A stretch of 64,000 nt of DNA from Piromyces finnis finn (Eukaryota; Fungi; Neocallimastigomycota): assembly GCA_002104945.1 (NCBI GenBank), contig MCFH01000007.1, positions 558,001 to 622,000 of the forward strand. Reading direction: 5' to 3'. Of this stretch, positions 45,677 to 59,751 are shown one piece after another. The notes beneath the pieces were generated by a model. That model worked only from the letters and a program-made list of their open reading frames with translations. It was not told where the DNA came from and did no database searches. The position numbers and the translations under genes are program-made. Each line of letters begins with the position of its first letter. Positions within the stretch are counted from its first letter, which is position 1.

Positions 45677-48600
45677 CTGAAAATCTTTATTATTCATTTA
45701 ATTTATTGATTGTATAATAAATATTAAATGTAAATAAATTTTAATTTAATGCATATTATAAATATTAATTAATATAATATTTTTTTGTTTAATACTTTTT
45801 AAATAGATAAAAAAGAGAAATTTAAGAAAAAAAAACAATTTCATTATTAATAGATTATCTTCTCTGTATGATGTAAGCAAAGGTTGAATAAAGCAATAAA
45901 GAATAAAGTAATTGAAAATAAAAAGTTTTTATCATCAAAAATAAAAATAAAAATAAAAATATATATACATAAAAAAAAATAAATTAACACAAAAAAAAGT
46001 ATTTTTCTTTATTTATTTTTATCATTATTATTATTTTTTAAACATATTTTTCTAGTTGTACTAATTTATACTTGTTTATTTCAAGAAAAACTGCATTGAA
46101 AATAAAAGTTGAATTCTCTTTTTTTTTTTTTTTTTAAATGTCTTTTTTTATTGATCATATTCAATTGCTAAATGAAAATAATCTTTTTTTTTTTATTTTA
46201 TATATTTTCTTATTATAATACAGTAATAATGATTATTAGTATATTTTAACTATTTATTTAATATATAAATTGCATAAAGTTTTTTATATAAAAATAAAAC
46301 AATATAATAGTGTAGTATAATAAATGAATTGTTAATTGAAATGTTTTTTTTTTTTCTTCATTTTTATCTTTTGTTTCCTTTTACATTTAATTATTTTATT
46401 AACACTTTATATATAAAATTAATTAGACTATATTACAATCATTATTAATAATAATTATTTAATAAAATATCAAAGTTTCTTTTTCTACCTTTATGAATAA
46501 ATCAATTTCTTGTAAATGTTTTCTTATTGCAACACACAAAAAATTCAAAATTCAAAATGTATAATCCAAAAATTTTAATGTAATGGATTATACAATTTTT
46601 TTTTTTTATGGTAACTTTAATATATACATAAATACCGAAATACATAATTTAATAAAGTTTGTATTACATTTACCAAGTAAATAAAAAAAAAAAAAAAAAA
46701 AGAAGCATTCACCATTCTTTTTATCATAAAGTGTTATGATCTATGAATAATACTTTGAAAATGTATATTGTATATTGTGAAATCATACAATTTAGTGTAT
46801 GAATAAAAAGTCCTAGTACAATCACTAAACTAAACCTAATTCTGAAGTACTAATTATAAGCTTAATAATAATTGGCCTATTTAATATACTAAATAAACCA
46901 ATTATCTATATATATTACACATAACTACGTCATCAAAATAAATATTATATATTATAATAAAAAAGAGATATTATAATCATATTTATTTCTATATATATAT
47001 ATATAGTTTATTTTTTCTATAACAATAAACAAGCTATTATTACTAAAAAAGCATTATCATCCCTAAATAACTTTATTAATATAAAAAATGTAGATTGTAA
47101 TATATACGACAATCTTCTTTAATGTACATTTTTCCAATTTACCAATAATTATAAAATGTATTTCTTTTTTTATTGATGGATTAATAATATTAGCCAATAG
47201 AATTCAATTCAAATTGTATTACTACCAGAATTTTTTATGGAAAAGAACATTCTTGGGATATTTGAAATTAAACCAAACATAGAACTTTTAACAAATGAAA
47301 TTTGTTATCTAAGCTCAATCAGTTCAATCAATCAGAAAAAGGGAAAAAAAAAGAAAGAAAGAATCATTTGTTTATTTACAACACAAAAAACATAAATTTA
47401 TAGAATGTTTGTGGCGTATTATTTATGTATTTAGTATGTATTAATATTAATAATTTACCTAATGTATTTGTTTTATGTTGAAAGTTCAAGGAAATGCATA
47501 ACAAGAAAAAAAGGATATTGCAATAATAATAGCACTACGTATAAATTATTTTTTTTTTTAAAAATTAAACTTTATTTCATTTCATATATTTATATTATAT
47601 ATATTATATATAACGTATTATTTAATTAAATATTAATAAAATCTTAGCATAGTAGAAAAAAGAATTAAATAATGCTAATATATCCTATATAAATCTTTTC
47701 ATAACCCTTAGCACTATTTTTTTTTATTTTTTAGACTAGGAGAATACACTTCTTGTTATATTTATTTATCAATTTATGATTTTAAACTATGTTAGATGAT
47801 AATGCACATTGATATTACATATAACTTATCCATTGACATTAATTATTTACAACAGAACATTCCTTTTAATATTATTATACCTTTTTTATATATTTATTTA
47901 TTTAATAATTAAAAAATTATATTAATTATTACATATACTTATACAATAATAATATAAAATAAAATGATAAAATGATCCTATTTTTACTTTATAGCTTAAA
48001 CAAAAAATATAAATAAAAATAACAAAAAAAGTTATATCAATATATATTAATGAAATATTATTATAATTACAGTTTACTTTATAAAATTGTTGTTTAATAA
48101 CTCAATTAATTTATTATTATAATGGAAATAGAAATAAAAGGAAAGAATAAAATAAATAATATTTATGAAAAAACATAAAAAGAATTATTTATTAATAAAT
48201 TAAATAAATTGAAAAATAAAACTTTTGATAATGTGTAAAAAAATATTTTTATGATCTTTGATAAAATTTTAATAATTGTATTTACTATTATTTAAATGTC
48301 AGACAATTTCTTTTTTATTAATAATTGAAATATAAATATTTAATCTTTTGTAATTTTTATATTTTCAGGGTTATAAACTTAAAATAATTCATTTTTTCAA
48401 GAATTTTTTGATGGATCATCCCAATTAAAAAAAACAAATATTTTAAATAATTTATATAATAAATTAATGTATAAAATGTTAAAGCCTTGTTACAATAAAA
48501 CAGTAATTGTAATTGTATGCATCATATATTAAATAAAAGAAATATTACTTGAAATTTTATTCAGTTTTTTTTACTTATTTTCTACAACATTATATATTTA

Positions 48601-50390
48601 ACATTACGTTTTAGTAATAATAGAAAAAAAATATTCAAAAAAACAGTTTATTTAAACAAAATGGTCATTAATTTACATAAAATAAAAATTGAAATAACGA
48701 GTAAGAAATTTATAAAATTTTGTATCTAAACTAAAATATATTTTATTAACTTTTTTATTACAATAAAACTAATGCCTAATACAAATACACTAATAAAATA
48801 AAAAAAATTAATGTAATAGTAATTTACATATTTAATGAATTTTAAAAGAAAAAAATAATTTTAATCCTTATAATATTTAATTTAATTTATTATTGTAACC
48901 CTTGAAAAGTTTTTTTTTTTTTTTTCTTTACAGCATAAAAAATAGTCTAGTCAAGTAAAATACTATATATTATTTCTATCGTTTAAACTAATTAAAAGAT
49001 TAATCCTTTTTTTAAAAAAAAAAAAAAACAAAATATTTAATTAATTTTTTTAATTAACTTTATAGATATATTTATGAAATTTTCATATATTAAAGTTTAT
49101 TTCAAAAAAATAATATTAATTTTTGAATAAGCATCTTCAATACATTATTATGCTATTATGAAATAATAACAATATTATAAATTAATATATTGCATTTTAT
49201 ATTCTACGTAAACTTTATAAAAGTATGTGTAGTTGTAAATTAACATATATTGATAAAAGAAAATATTATATTACATATACAATATAAAATTAGTGTAAAT
49301 TTAAAAAGATAAAAGTATTCTATAGTGACTTCTTTTTATAATAATTAAATGAATTAAAAAATGAAATAAGGACACTAAATTTTAATTTAAACTATAACTT
49401 TTTTAATTTTTTTAAAATATAAATGATAATCATATATTTATTTTTAATTAAATATTACATTTGAAAATATAAGTGAATATGCTAAAAGTTTATATAAAAA
49501 TTAAAATTATAAAAATTAAAATTATAAATTATAATTTAAACATTTTTTTAAATACCAGATTTAATATATCAAACAACTAATATATATTTCATTATTGAAT
49601 AAATAATTAAAAAAAAGGAAGCATTTTAATACTAATAAAAATAAAAATAAATTTAATAGTACAATGAATGCATGGATTTATGAATTGTAGAATTACTATT
49701 AAATAGAATCAGTTAATATAACTATTACTTTTTGAATAGCCATATTTGTATATTTTATTAATTTAACTTTTATATCATTTACTAAAAAAATAAAAACTAT
49801 AATAAAATAAAATAAAACAAAACAAAATGTTAAATTTCATATAGATCAAAAAAAAATTTTTTTTTAATATATAATTTTAATTAAAATATGTATATGAATA
49901 AATTAATAAATTAAATTAACATTTCAACAAAAATATTTTAATACACATAAAACTTATGGGATATTATTACATTATTAACTATATATTTATATTTATTTAT
50001 AATGTAATGTTATATTTCAATTCTTACAATAAGTTGTTTATTCTTTCTTTATACATTAAAAAATGATAATAGAAATAGAAATAAAATAAAATGCATTAAA
50101 CTTTTTTCAGTTGAGAATATTTTATAACATGTGTATTCTATTTTAAAAGAGAAATCATTGATATTATATATTATATATTATTTATATTTTAATTATTACT
50201 TTCATTTTAATATATCTTGCTTAATATTTAAAAATATTAAATAATATTCATTATAAATATATTAAATAAAATACCCTATACAAATTTACTAAACATAATT
50301 TATAAAAACATTTACACATTAACATTACACAAATGTAATAATTCATTTTTTTGAATTTCCTATAAATGTATCCACTTTTATTAAAGTTAG

Positions 50391-50604
50391 TTCTTTTTCA
50401 AAATTTTAAATAAGTTGTATATATATATATTTATTAATAGCTATTTTCTATGCCTATCTTTAAATATGTTAATAATCTACTTATTACAATAATAAAATAT
50501 TATTCTTTTTCAAAATTTTAAATAAGTTGTATATATATATATTTATTAATAGCTATTTTTTATGTCTATGTTAATAATCTATTTATTACAATAATAAAAT
50601 ATTA
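50391..50604. repeat. Tandem duplication of ~112 bp (second copy with a small deletion)
   Basis: TTCTTTTTCAAAATTTTAAATAAGTTGTATATATATATATTTATTAATAGCTATTTT... starts at 50391 and again at 50503. Confidence 0.8.
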
Positions 50605-51489
50605 GAGTAATATATATTCTATATTCATTATAATTACAATAGTTATAATAATAATAGATATATTAATAGAGTATGATTTATAAAAATATATTTTTATTAA
50701 ATATATATTTAACTTTAAAATAAATACTTTTAAATTTTATTATAGAAACATTTCTATAAAAATTGTATTATAATAATTATAAAAACGTTTTTTTTTAAAA
50801 AATATTGATTTTTACTTTAAATATTTTTGTTTTTAAAATAAAAATTACGATTATTCTTATATATATATAAATAGAATAAAAGTTATAAATAAAGTAAAAG
50901 TATGACAAAAAGTTTTATAAGTTTAAATATTTTAACTAAAAAAATAAATGTTTATTTAAAAAAAAAAAAAGAAACTTATATATTTAATAATATATATTTT
51001 TTTTTTAAAAAATTAAGTAAAAAAATAACAATATTATTTAACATTAAAAAAAAAAATTTCCATATTTATTTTAAACCTTATAGAATATTATCTAAATATA
51101 TATATTTATAATGTAATTTTTCAATTATAATATCATTTAAAAAATCATAACCGTAAATAAAAATAACCAAACTTGAATAACTATATTATTTATTATGTTT
51201 TTCTTTTTTTTTTAAAAGTAGATTCATTAAAAAAAGTTTTATAATTTTTAATACTGTCCATGTATATCTTTTTAATAATAAATTATTTATGGAATTTATA
51301 AAAAGTTATTAATAATTATATATATAAAAATACCAATACTATTATTAGAAAAAATTAACTATTAAAAACAATTTTTTATAAATGTTTTTAAATATATTAT
51401 ATATTATAATTTATCCATAATCAATAAAATTTTAAAATAAAAACATTTTTCATGCTGATTTTTGAAAAACTTTATTATGAATAAATAAC

Positions 51490-51535
<46 letters not shown>

Positions 51536-52799
51536 TATATAATAAACATATTATGTATTGTTTATTGATTAAAAATACTTTCTTTTTTTTTGTTAGTTGA
51601 TTAATTATTAAAAAATAATACACAAAATTAATATATAATAACATTTTGTGAAAAGATTATTATTCAAAGTTTATTTTAAAATCAAAAATAATAATTAATA
51701 CTACTTCTTTTTAATTAAAAGAATAGATAATTAAATATTTTGATTATAATTTTTTATTTAACAATTTTAGATTTTTTTTTTAAAAAAATAAAAAATAAAT
51801 AAATAAATTTTTTTACTATTTATAAATTGTTTATTTTTCTATATATTTTAATATTTTAATTAATCTTAATTATTTTAAAATAATAATAAATAATAATAGT
51901 TAACACTTTTAAAATATTTTATATATATTTATTATTATAATTAAACTTTAAAACTTTCTTTTTTCGAAAAGAGTAAATATCTATTTTTTAATATTTAATA
52001 CCTAATTAATACCTAAAATAAAATTTTTTCATAAAAAAATAAAAAATTATAATTGAAATAAAATTTTTTAAATTAATATATATATAAACTTTTTAAAAAA
52101 CTCCGATTTTTTATATTAATATTCAAAAATCTATAAAATTATATTTAAAACTATTCTTTTTCATTTTTTTTTCTAAAAGAATATTGAAGTATAATTAAGA
52201 AATAATTAAAGTAAGTTCAAATTAAAAATTTATTATTATTAACAAAGAATTGGAATAGAGATTATTTTATATTTAAAAAGTAATTATAAATAATAGTAGT
52301 AAAAATTTTAATAGAAGAGACTAAAATTATTAAAAGAAAAGAGTAAAAAAAAATAATATATATAAATCAGTAAGTCATATTAAAACGGTTCGAATAAAGT
52401 AGTAAAATTAATAATAAAAAAGTTGTTAATTAAATGAAATAAAGGAATTTTAAATGTTATATAAAGAAAATCATACATTAAAAGAAATATTATATATGGA
52501 ACAATAAATAAGAAACAAAAATTATTTTTTCAAAACAAAAAAAAAAAAAATTTATTATAAATATTTATATAATACTTATAAATTTTCTTTTTTTATATAT
52601 ATAATTTCTTAATTTTTTAAATAGGTTAAAATATTATATAATATATTTTTATAATAATTAATTAGAGAAAAAGGAAAAAAAAGGGTTTTTTATTATAAAA
52701 TCTTTTTTTTCTCTTGTATTTTTGTTTTTTTTTTCTTTTTTGATTTTTTTTATCAATATTTATATTGTATTTAATCCTCCCATAAATTAAATAATAAAA

Positions 52800-55700
52800 A
52801 TGAAATTATCAAGTCGATTTGGGTAATTTTAATAAATATTTTTTATAATAAAATATTTTATAATAATATAAAAAAAAGAATATTATATTAATTATTTATA
52901 TTTATTTCCTTCTTTTTTTATTTATTTTTAAAAAACTAATCTCATATTATAATAAATAACAATCTTAACAACAACAACAAATAAAAAAAAATTAAAATAT
53001 ATAATACTATATATATTTAATGAATAATAATTATTTTACAATAAAATTATTAAAAATAATAATCAAAATAAAAAAATTTTATATTAAAAAAATTTAAAAA
53101 TTATCATCTGTATTATTACAATAAAAAAAAAAAAAAAAAAAACGAACAAACAGCATTTTATTAGCCTTAGGAATAGCATCCAAGGTTTCTGCTTTAACTA
53201 CACTTCCATCTTGTAAAAATGTAAAATCAATTTCTGAAGAAAACTGTAATGGTGCATACTGTATATATAATACTGATTTAGAAGCTGCCGAAATTACTCA
53301 ATATGGTGCACCAAGTAAAGCCGATAATGGTATTTACTTAACTCAATATGTTAGCAACGTTGGTTGTAAACCAGTCTTTGGAGATTTCCAAAAAACTCTT
53401 TCTGTAACTTCTGGTAAGGTTCACTTATTCTTCGAAGCCAACAACAACATTCTTACTACCTCTGGTACTGTTGATTCAGCATACGAATGTACTATTTCAT
53501 CCAACCTTGTTGTTGATTGTAAAGATTTCGAAAGTGCTGGTGTAGAACTTAACAAGTACTACATTAATGCTGCTGCTGACGGTTTAACCGCTGCTCTTGG
53601 AAACTACAGTTCTGGTAATGTTTCCCCAATTGATGGTAAGAGTGGTGCTTTCTACCCATCAGGAAAGGAAATTGGTTTAATTAGCTGTGGTGCTGAAAAG
53701 TGTGAAATTTCAAAGACTTCCTTCACTGGTAATGCCTACTATCTTTCTACTTTAGTTGGTTACGTTATTAAGTGTACCAGTACTAATGGTTGTGACAATG
53801 TCCCAGTCACTTCTGAAGCCTACTTCCACAATGCTGCTTACTCTTCTTCCTCCACTAACCAACTTATCTACTGTAATGGATCTCAATGTGAAGGTTTAAC
53901 TACTACTGCCGGTAACTACGTTGATGAAGACACCAAGAAGCTTATTGAATGTGGTAACGGTACCTGTAAGACTAACACTAGTGTTAACAACTTCTACATT
54001 TCTCCAAATCCAAACATTTTAATTGACTGTACCAGTGGTACTTGTGAAAATGTCCAAGCCAAGATCGGTATTTACATTTTAGGTCAAGATGGTGGTCAAT
54101 TCATTAAGTGTGACTCTTCAAGCTGTAACCAACTCTCCGCTTCTGAAGCTGAAAAGATCCCAATTTGTGATGAATCTAGCAAGAAGTGTGCCGTCAGAAG
54201 CAGCAACAGTGGTAACAGTGAAGCTCAAGTTCTTCTTCCAGAAGGTGCTTACTGTAGAAACGAATTAGGTACCATTTTATACTTCGCTACCAACACCATT
54301 GAACTTGATAACTCTATTGTTGTTACTACTTCCTCTAACTGTATCCAAGCTAACTCTGCTTACTTCCAATTCTATTACACTGTTGGTCCAACTATCTACC
54401 ACATTGACGATGGTGAAGTTACTCAAATTACTGCTGCTGGTTACTACTTCATTAACACTAACAGTAACAAGCTTGTCACTGGTACCAAGATTGAAGATTA
54501 CAACAACTCTTACGTTAAGTTATACAAGTGTAACGGTGTTTCTTGTGTTGTTATTCCAAACCCAAGTACCACTACTTACTATGTTGATGTTAACAAGAAG
54601 ATCTTCAAGTACACTGGTAACACCTTCTCCTTTGCCTATGACAAGGATGTTATTTGCCGTTACGCCAACAACAAGTGCAGTCCACAAACTGACTTAAAGA
54701 GTATGGAATTCTGTGTTACTGCTGCTGGTGAATTAGTTATTGCCTCCAACGATATTGAAGCCAAGAAGGAAGGAAACTGTTACAAGGCCTCCTCTATTAG
54801 CAACGAAATCTTCGGTTACTCTTCCAACTTATACAAGTTAAACTTATACGATGCCACTCTTATTGACAACACTGGTTACTTCCTTGTTAGTATGAACACT
54901 AACAGTACTACTGAATTCAAGGAATTCAGCAATAAGAACAGTGACATTGTTCTTTACGGTTGTTCCTTATCTTCCTGCACTGTTAGAACTCCAGAAACCG
55001 GTGTCTACTACTACGACAGCGTTAGCCACTACTTAGTTAAATACGATGCTTCTTCCTCCCAATGGGTCTACCCAACTACTGATGGTTACGCTTTAATTTC
55101 TACTGAACCAGGAGAAAAGTACGTCAGAAAGTTCACTGTTGACTCTACCAACAAGGTTACTATTACTGCTAAGGTTAGTGATGGTTACTACTACACTACC
55201 GACAATGAAATGTACGAATGTCCAAACACTGAAGGTTCTTCCTGTGACTTAATTGATGAATCCATGTACGTTATGACCAACGACAATGAATTATACTACT
55301 GTAATGTTGATGATGATGATCTTTCATCCACCGTTTGTAACAAACAATCTTGTGTTCTTGGTGAATTATACTACATTGGTGGTTACCACTTCAGATGTGT
55401 CACTGGAAACATCTTCAACATTCTTTCCACTAAGTACTGTAACAATGATGAACTAGTCGTTGTTAACTTCCCAACTGCCTTCTCTGAAACTTACCCATCC
55501 AACGTTAAGAACGCTGTTGATGAAATTTCCAAGAACAACAACAACACTGCTACCGTTAAGGCCGGTTCCAACCACCTTACCGTTATTCCAGGTATTTTCA
55601 CTAACTGTACCTACGATAAGGAAGAAAAGATGGCTAGCTTCGATCTTGTTTGTATTGAAAACTACGTCGTTCTCGACAGTGAAAAGGAACCACAAATTTG

Positions 55701-55845
55701 TTCTACTTCCAAATTAGGTTTCGTTGGTTGTAACGACGATTCCGAAAACCCAGACAAGTGTAACCCAAGTTCTGCAATGACTATCTTCTTATCTAAGGTA
55801 GCTATTGCTGTTGCTATGGTATTCTTAGGTATCATGTTATATTAA
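52800..55845 (+). CDS. Scaffoldin-like cell-surface protein of the anaerobic-fungal cellulosome type (~904 aa, 2 exons)
   Basis: Exon 1 is 52800-52822 (ATGAAATTATCAAGTCGATTTGG|gtaatt) and the intron ends aaacag at 53153. Exon 2 from 53154 is stop-free and in frame with ORF 54703-55845. The signal peptide is MKLSSRFGILLALGIASKVSA. Repeated Cys motifs of the type (G/A)YY/F...LIxCxxxxC occur (LIYCNGSQC, LIECGNGTC, LIDCTSGTC, FIKCDSSSC, LYKCNGVSC, LYGCSLSSC). The C-terminus is hydrophobic (IFLSKVAIAVAMVFLGIMLY). Codon bias (aac, ttc, aag, ggt, acc) suggests high expression. Confidence 0.8.
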
Positions 55846-56094
55846 ATTTAAAAATTTTATAAAAAATATATATATATCATTTATTTTCACATAAACCTAT
55901 TACAAAATCAAAATGAAAAAAAAATCAAAATGAAAAAAAAAAAAAAAAAATTCAACATTTCTTTTATAATTAAATACACACACAATATACATATACTTCA
56001 AAGAACCTAGAATTAACAACAAAAACAACAAAATTTTCAAATCAAGAAACATTAAAAAAAAAAAGTAAAGAAAAAATATTTCTTTTATCTTTTT

Positions 56095-56127
<33 letters not shown>

Positions 56128-56899
56128 AAAATTCAATTTTAATTATAATTTATTTTTGTTTTATATTATATAAAGTAAATTTTTAAATACTTTATAATTT
56201 ATTCATTTTTTAAGTATTAAAGAAAAGGAAACAATTTTAATTATTTAAGATATGAAAATATTTTTGTAAAAATATCAAAACAACAGAAAAAAGAAAAAAG
56301 ACAAAAAAAAAAAAAAGATAAAATATATAGTTAAGGATTAAAATTTTTTTTAAAAATATATCTTTTAATATTTACAACGTTTAATATTATTGAAAGGAAA
56401 TAAAAAATAACTTGAAGATTTAATATATTCTTTTAAATATTAATGTATATATTAAAAATCATTAATTTCATTATTGTAAGTAAAAAAAAATAGGCAATAT
56501 AAAACAAATTATTTAAAAGAATAATAATTTCTCTTCAAAATAATTTTTTAATTTCCTGAAAATGTTTTATAGAAAAATAAAAAAAGATAATTTAAGAAAA
56601 ATATAAATCCTTAATTAAAATTTTTTTTTTTTTTTAATGTCAGAAATATTTGAAGTATTTTAAATAATTTATTAGTTTCTATTTTCTTTTTACATTTTAT
56701 GTAACTATTTACTTTTTTATTATTAAAAATGTAAATTATTTTAATTATTCGTTTTTATTTACATATTTTAAATTAAATAAATAAAAAAATAAAAAAAATT
56801 TATATATTATATGTGTATGTGTTAAAATAATTATATTCGTCAATTTATAAAAAATTTATGTAATATTCAATTAAAAAATGATTATTTTATTGTGAATAA

Positions 56900-59712
56900 C
56901 TAGATGTGTGGCATGATCATTTCGAAAACCTTGCATCAGATCCAAGTGGTGTAAGTCTTGATTTGGAGCATTGGTATGAAGAACCAACGAATAAACGTTT
57001 TTCACTTCCTATGCTTGATGAGTGGGATATCAACCAAGATATTAGTATTGATGAAGTCAAGTCAGCTATCCTCACTACTCCAAATTATAAAGCATCAGGT
57101 CCGGATGGTATTCCAATTGAATTTTACAAAGCATTAGTTCCATCAAGTAATGATTCTAATAATGCTACAGATAATAATTCTTCTGGTAATACTACTTCAG
57201 ATAATGATGCTCATGGTTTAAATTTTATTCTTAAATTATTCAACCGTATTTGGGATGGAGATTTCCCCAACTCATGGAATGAATCCAGTATTGTTTCTAT
57301 TCCTAAGAAGGGAGATTTGACAGATTGTGATAACTATCGAGGTATATCACTTATCAATAATGGTATTAAGTTGATTTCCAAAATTGTCACCACTAGAATC
57401 TCAGAATATGGTTTAAAGAATAATTTCATTAGACCTGAACAATTTGGTTTTCGAAAAAAGGAAGAAAGTATTAGTCTTTTCATTTCAATCCAAGAAATAT
57501 GCCGTAGACGTCAATTAGATAATAAAGAGACATATTTGGCCTTTTTAGATCTCAGGAAAGCATACGATTCAGTCCCAATCGGTAATATTCTCCATAAATT
57601 AGATTGTTTAGGAATCCGAGGTAAGAGTCTACAATTTATCAAAAATTTATATTTAACATCTAAGGCTAATGTCAAATTAGATGGACAATTCTCGAAATCT
57701 TTTGATGTGAAGAAAGGAGTCCGTCAAGGTTGCCCACTTTCGCCTATTCTTTTTAATCTCTTTATTAATGATATATTTAAAGAGTGTGAAGATCTCGGAG
57801 TCAGTTTAGGTGACACTCGATGCTGTGGTGGACTTTTTGCAGATGATATAGTTATTTGTGCTCCAACAAGAGGATGCTTAAAAAAGATGCTTAGAAGAGT
57901 TAATGAATGGGCCTTGTATAATGAAATGGAATTTGGTATCCAGAAATGTTCAACGATGGTGATTCGTCCTGAATCAATAGAAAATCAGAACAAGAGAGAT
58001 CCAACATTTTACTTAGCAGGACAACCCATTCCAACTACTGACTGCTACACTTATCTTGGTGTTCCATTTGATAAGAATCTGTCCCTTAAACCAGTAATTA
58101 AAGCTCTTAATAACAAGGTTTTGAAAGGGCTTTTCTCAGTCAGTAAATTCTTAAGAAATCCTAATATTCCTATTCCTTTCAAAAAACTAGTACTTAACTC
58201 TCAAGTGATTAGCAGAGTTTCATACTTTGCACCATTACTTGGATCCAACAAAGCTAGGTCTAGGATTGCTCAGAAGCATGTTAACAAAGGAATACGATGG
58301 GTTGCCGGAGTTCATAAAGCTGTATCGTTTATATCTTTATACTCTATTTCAAAAGATTTGAATATTCCTCCATTGTCAGCCAAATGTGCGTTAGCTCAGG
58401 TTAGATGTTTTAACAAATGGAAAAACTCAAATTGTATTATCTCACACCTTGTCAATTACATTCCTAAATTTAGAAAATACACGTGGTGCAAATCAAGTAG
58501 GACACTTGATAAAAAACTAAAGAAACATGGAGATGTTAAAGCAGTTAAAAACTTTTATTGGAAAGATCTCAAAGGGAATTCAATCAAAGCGCAATATTAT
58601 GATGATAATAAATTTATTGAAACTAAAGATTTTATTAAATTATGTTATGAATACCCAGAGTTTGCCTATGGCTTCTACTGGCTATTGAAAGCAAGAAGCG
58701 GATACAAGTTGGATGCTAGAGTTGCCAAAGCTGCTAAATTTGTTGATCCAATTTGTCCTAACTACTGTCCATGTTGCAAGTGTGGTGTTCAAAGTATTAA
58801 ACATTGGTTATTAGATTGTCCAACATTTAGAGATATCCGTATTAAACATTATGATTCCATAGTCCAGCTATTAAATTTTTTCAGTCAACGTAATTCCAAT
58901 AGTCCTATCAATAATAATGAAATTGATAATGTCAGTAGAGATAGCAATAACAGTAATAGTAATAGTAACAATAATAATAATAACAATAGTAATAATAACA
59001 ATAGTAGTAATAGTAATAATAGAAATAGTAATAATAACAATAGTAGTAATAGAAATAATAATATTAATAATGATAGCAATAGTGAAGATAATAATTCTAA
59101 TTTAGATAGTAATTTAGTTAATGATAGTAATAGTTCTAATAATCCGGTGAATATTAATGTGTATGATTATTCTAGTGTGTGCAGTAAAATATTTAAATTC
59201 CTTCTTGGGGGAAGAAGTTTTAACAATATTAATTACAATTCAAGGGAATGGAAAGAACTTTGTAAGCGTCAGATTCAATCTGGTACTAATGAAGGAGCAC
59301 CATTCTTGACGGTAACCGCGGAACTTCTAACCAAAATCATGCCTTTTGCTATTGGCCAGCAATGGTCAATGTTCAAAAGGTTTGAAGCAACATCCAAGAG
59401 CGTCAATGCTGAAGAAACAGTAAGACAGGCCAGGAGGGCCAGCGCAACCAATGGAGATCATAATTTTGTCCCATGATAAAATTTTGATCTTTGGCTCGGT
59501 GTCCCATTGGAAGTCAAATACAATTATTATACTTTAGTATGATAGTGGCTTTCTTACTTTAATTAAAATTACTAGAATACATTATACCCAGTTTTTATTC
59601 ATTTGTGTTTATTTAAACATATTTTTTTTATTTTTATTTTTATTTTTAATTTTTTATTACATGTATTATAATTTTAATTAAATTAATAATAAAGTTTAAA
59701 ATATTTGATGCC

Positions 59713-59749
<37 letters not shown>
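56900..59749 (+). mobile_element. Non-LTR retrotransposon (LINE) copy 1, 5'-truncated, RT + CCHC, A34 tail
   Basis: The frame is open from 56900 to TGA at 59476. RT motifs: KASGPDGIP, SIPKKGDLTDCDNYRGISL, QFGFR, FLDLRKAYDSV, GVRQGCPLSPILFNLFIND, LFADD, YTYLGV. Zinc knuckle CPCCKC...HWLLDC. A ~240-nt 3' UTR is followed by poly(A) at 59716-59749. Confidence 0.92.
56906..59476 (+). CDS. LINE reverse transcriptase (N-terminally truncated, intact frame, 856 aa)
   Basis: See RT motifs above. The GTG start is only the truncation point, not a true initiation codon. Confidence 0.85.
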   Translation: MWHDHFENLASDPSGVSLDLEHWYEEPTNKRFSLPMLDEWDINQDISIDEVKSAILTTPNYKASGPDGIPIEFYKALVPSSNDSNNATDNNSSGNTTSDNDAHGLNFILKLFNRIWDGDFPNSWNESSIVSIPKKGDLTDCDNYRGISLINNGIKLISKIVTTRISEYGLKNNFIRPEQFGFRKKEESISLFISIQEICRRRQLDNKETYLAFLDLRKAYDSVPIGNILHKLDCLGIRGKSLQFIKNLYLTSKANVKLDGQFSKSFDVKKGVRQGCPLSPILFNLFINDIFKECEDLGVSLGDTRCCGGLFADDIVICAPTRGCLKKMLRRVNEWALYNEMEFGIQKCSTMVIRPESIENQNKRDPTFYLAGQPIPTTDCYTYLGVPFDKNLSLKPVIKALNNKVLKGLFSVSKFLRNPNIPIPFKKLVLNSQVISRVSYFAPLLGSNKARSRIAQKHVNKGIRWVAGVHKAVSFISLYSISKDLNIPPLSAKCALAQVRCFNKWKNSNCIISHLVNYIPKFRKYTWCKSSRTLDKKLKKHGDVKAVKNFYWKDLKGNSIKAQYYDDNKFIETKDFIKLCYEYPEFAYGFYWLLKARSGYKLDARVAKAAKFVDPICPNYCPCCKCGVQSIKHWLLDCPTFRDIRIKHYDSIVQLLNFFSQRNSNSPINNNEIDNVSRDSNNSNSNSNNNNNNNSNNNNSSNSNNRNSNNNNSSNRNNNINNDSNSEDNNSNLDSNLVNDSNSSNNPVNINVYDYSSVCSKIFKFLLGGRSFNNINYNSREWKELCKRQIQSGTNEGAPFLTVTAELLTKIMPFAIGQQWSMFKRFEATSKSVNAEETVRQARRASATNGDHNFVP

Positions 59750-59751
<2 letters not shown>

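Noticed and set aside
47180-47350. Short frame NIELLTNEICYLSSI resembling an LRR
   Set aside because: Isolated, with no neighbouring LRR exons or convincing splice sites.
59705-59749. MMPLKKKK... N-terminus of the 599-aa ORF
   Set aside because: Translation of copy 1's 3' end and poly(A) happening to be in frame with truncated copy 2; not a real start.
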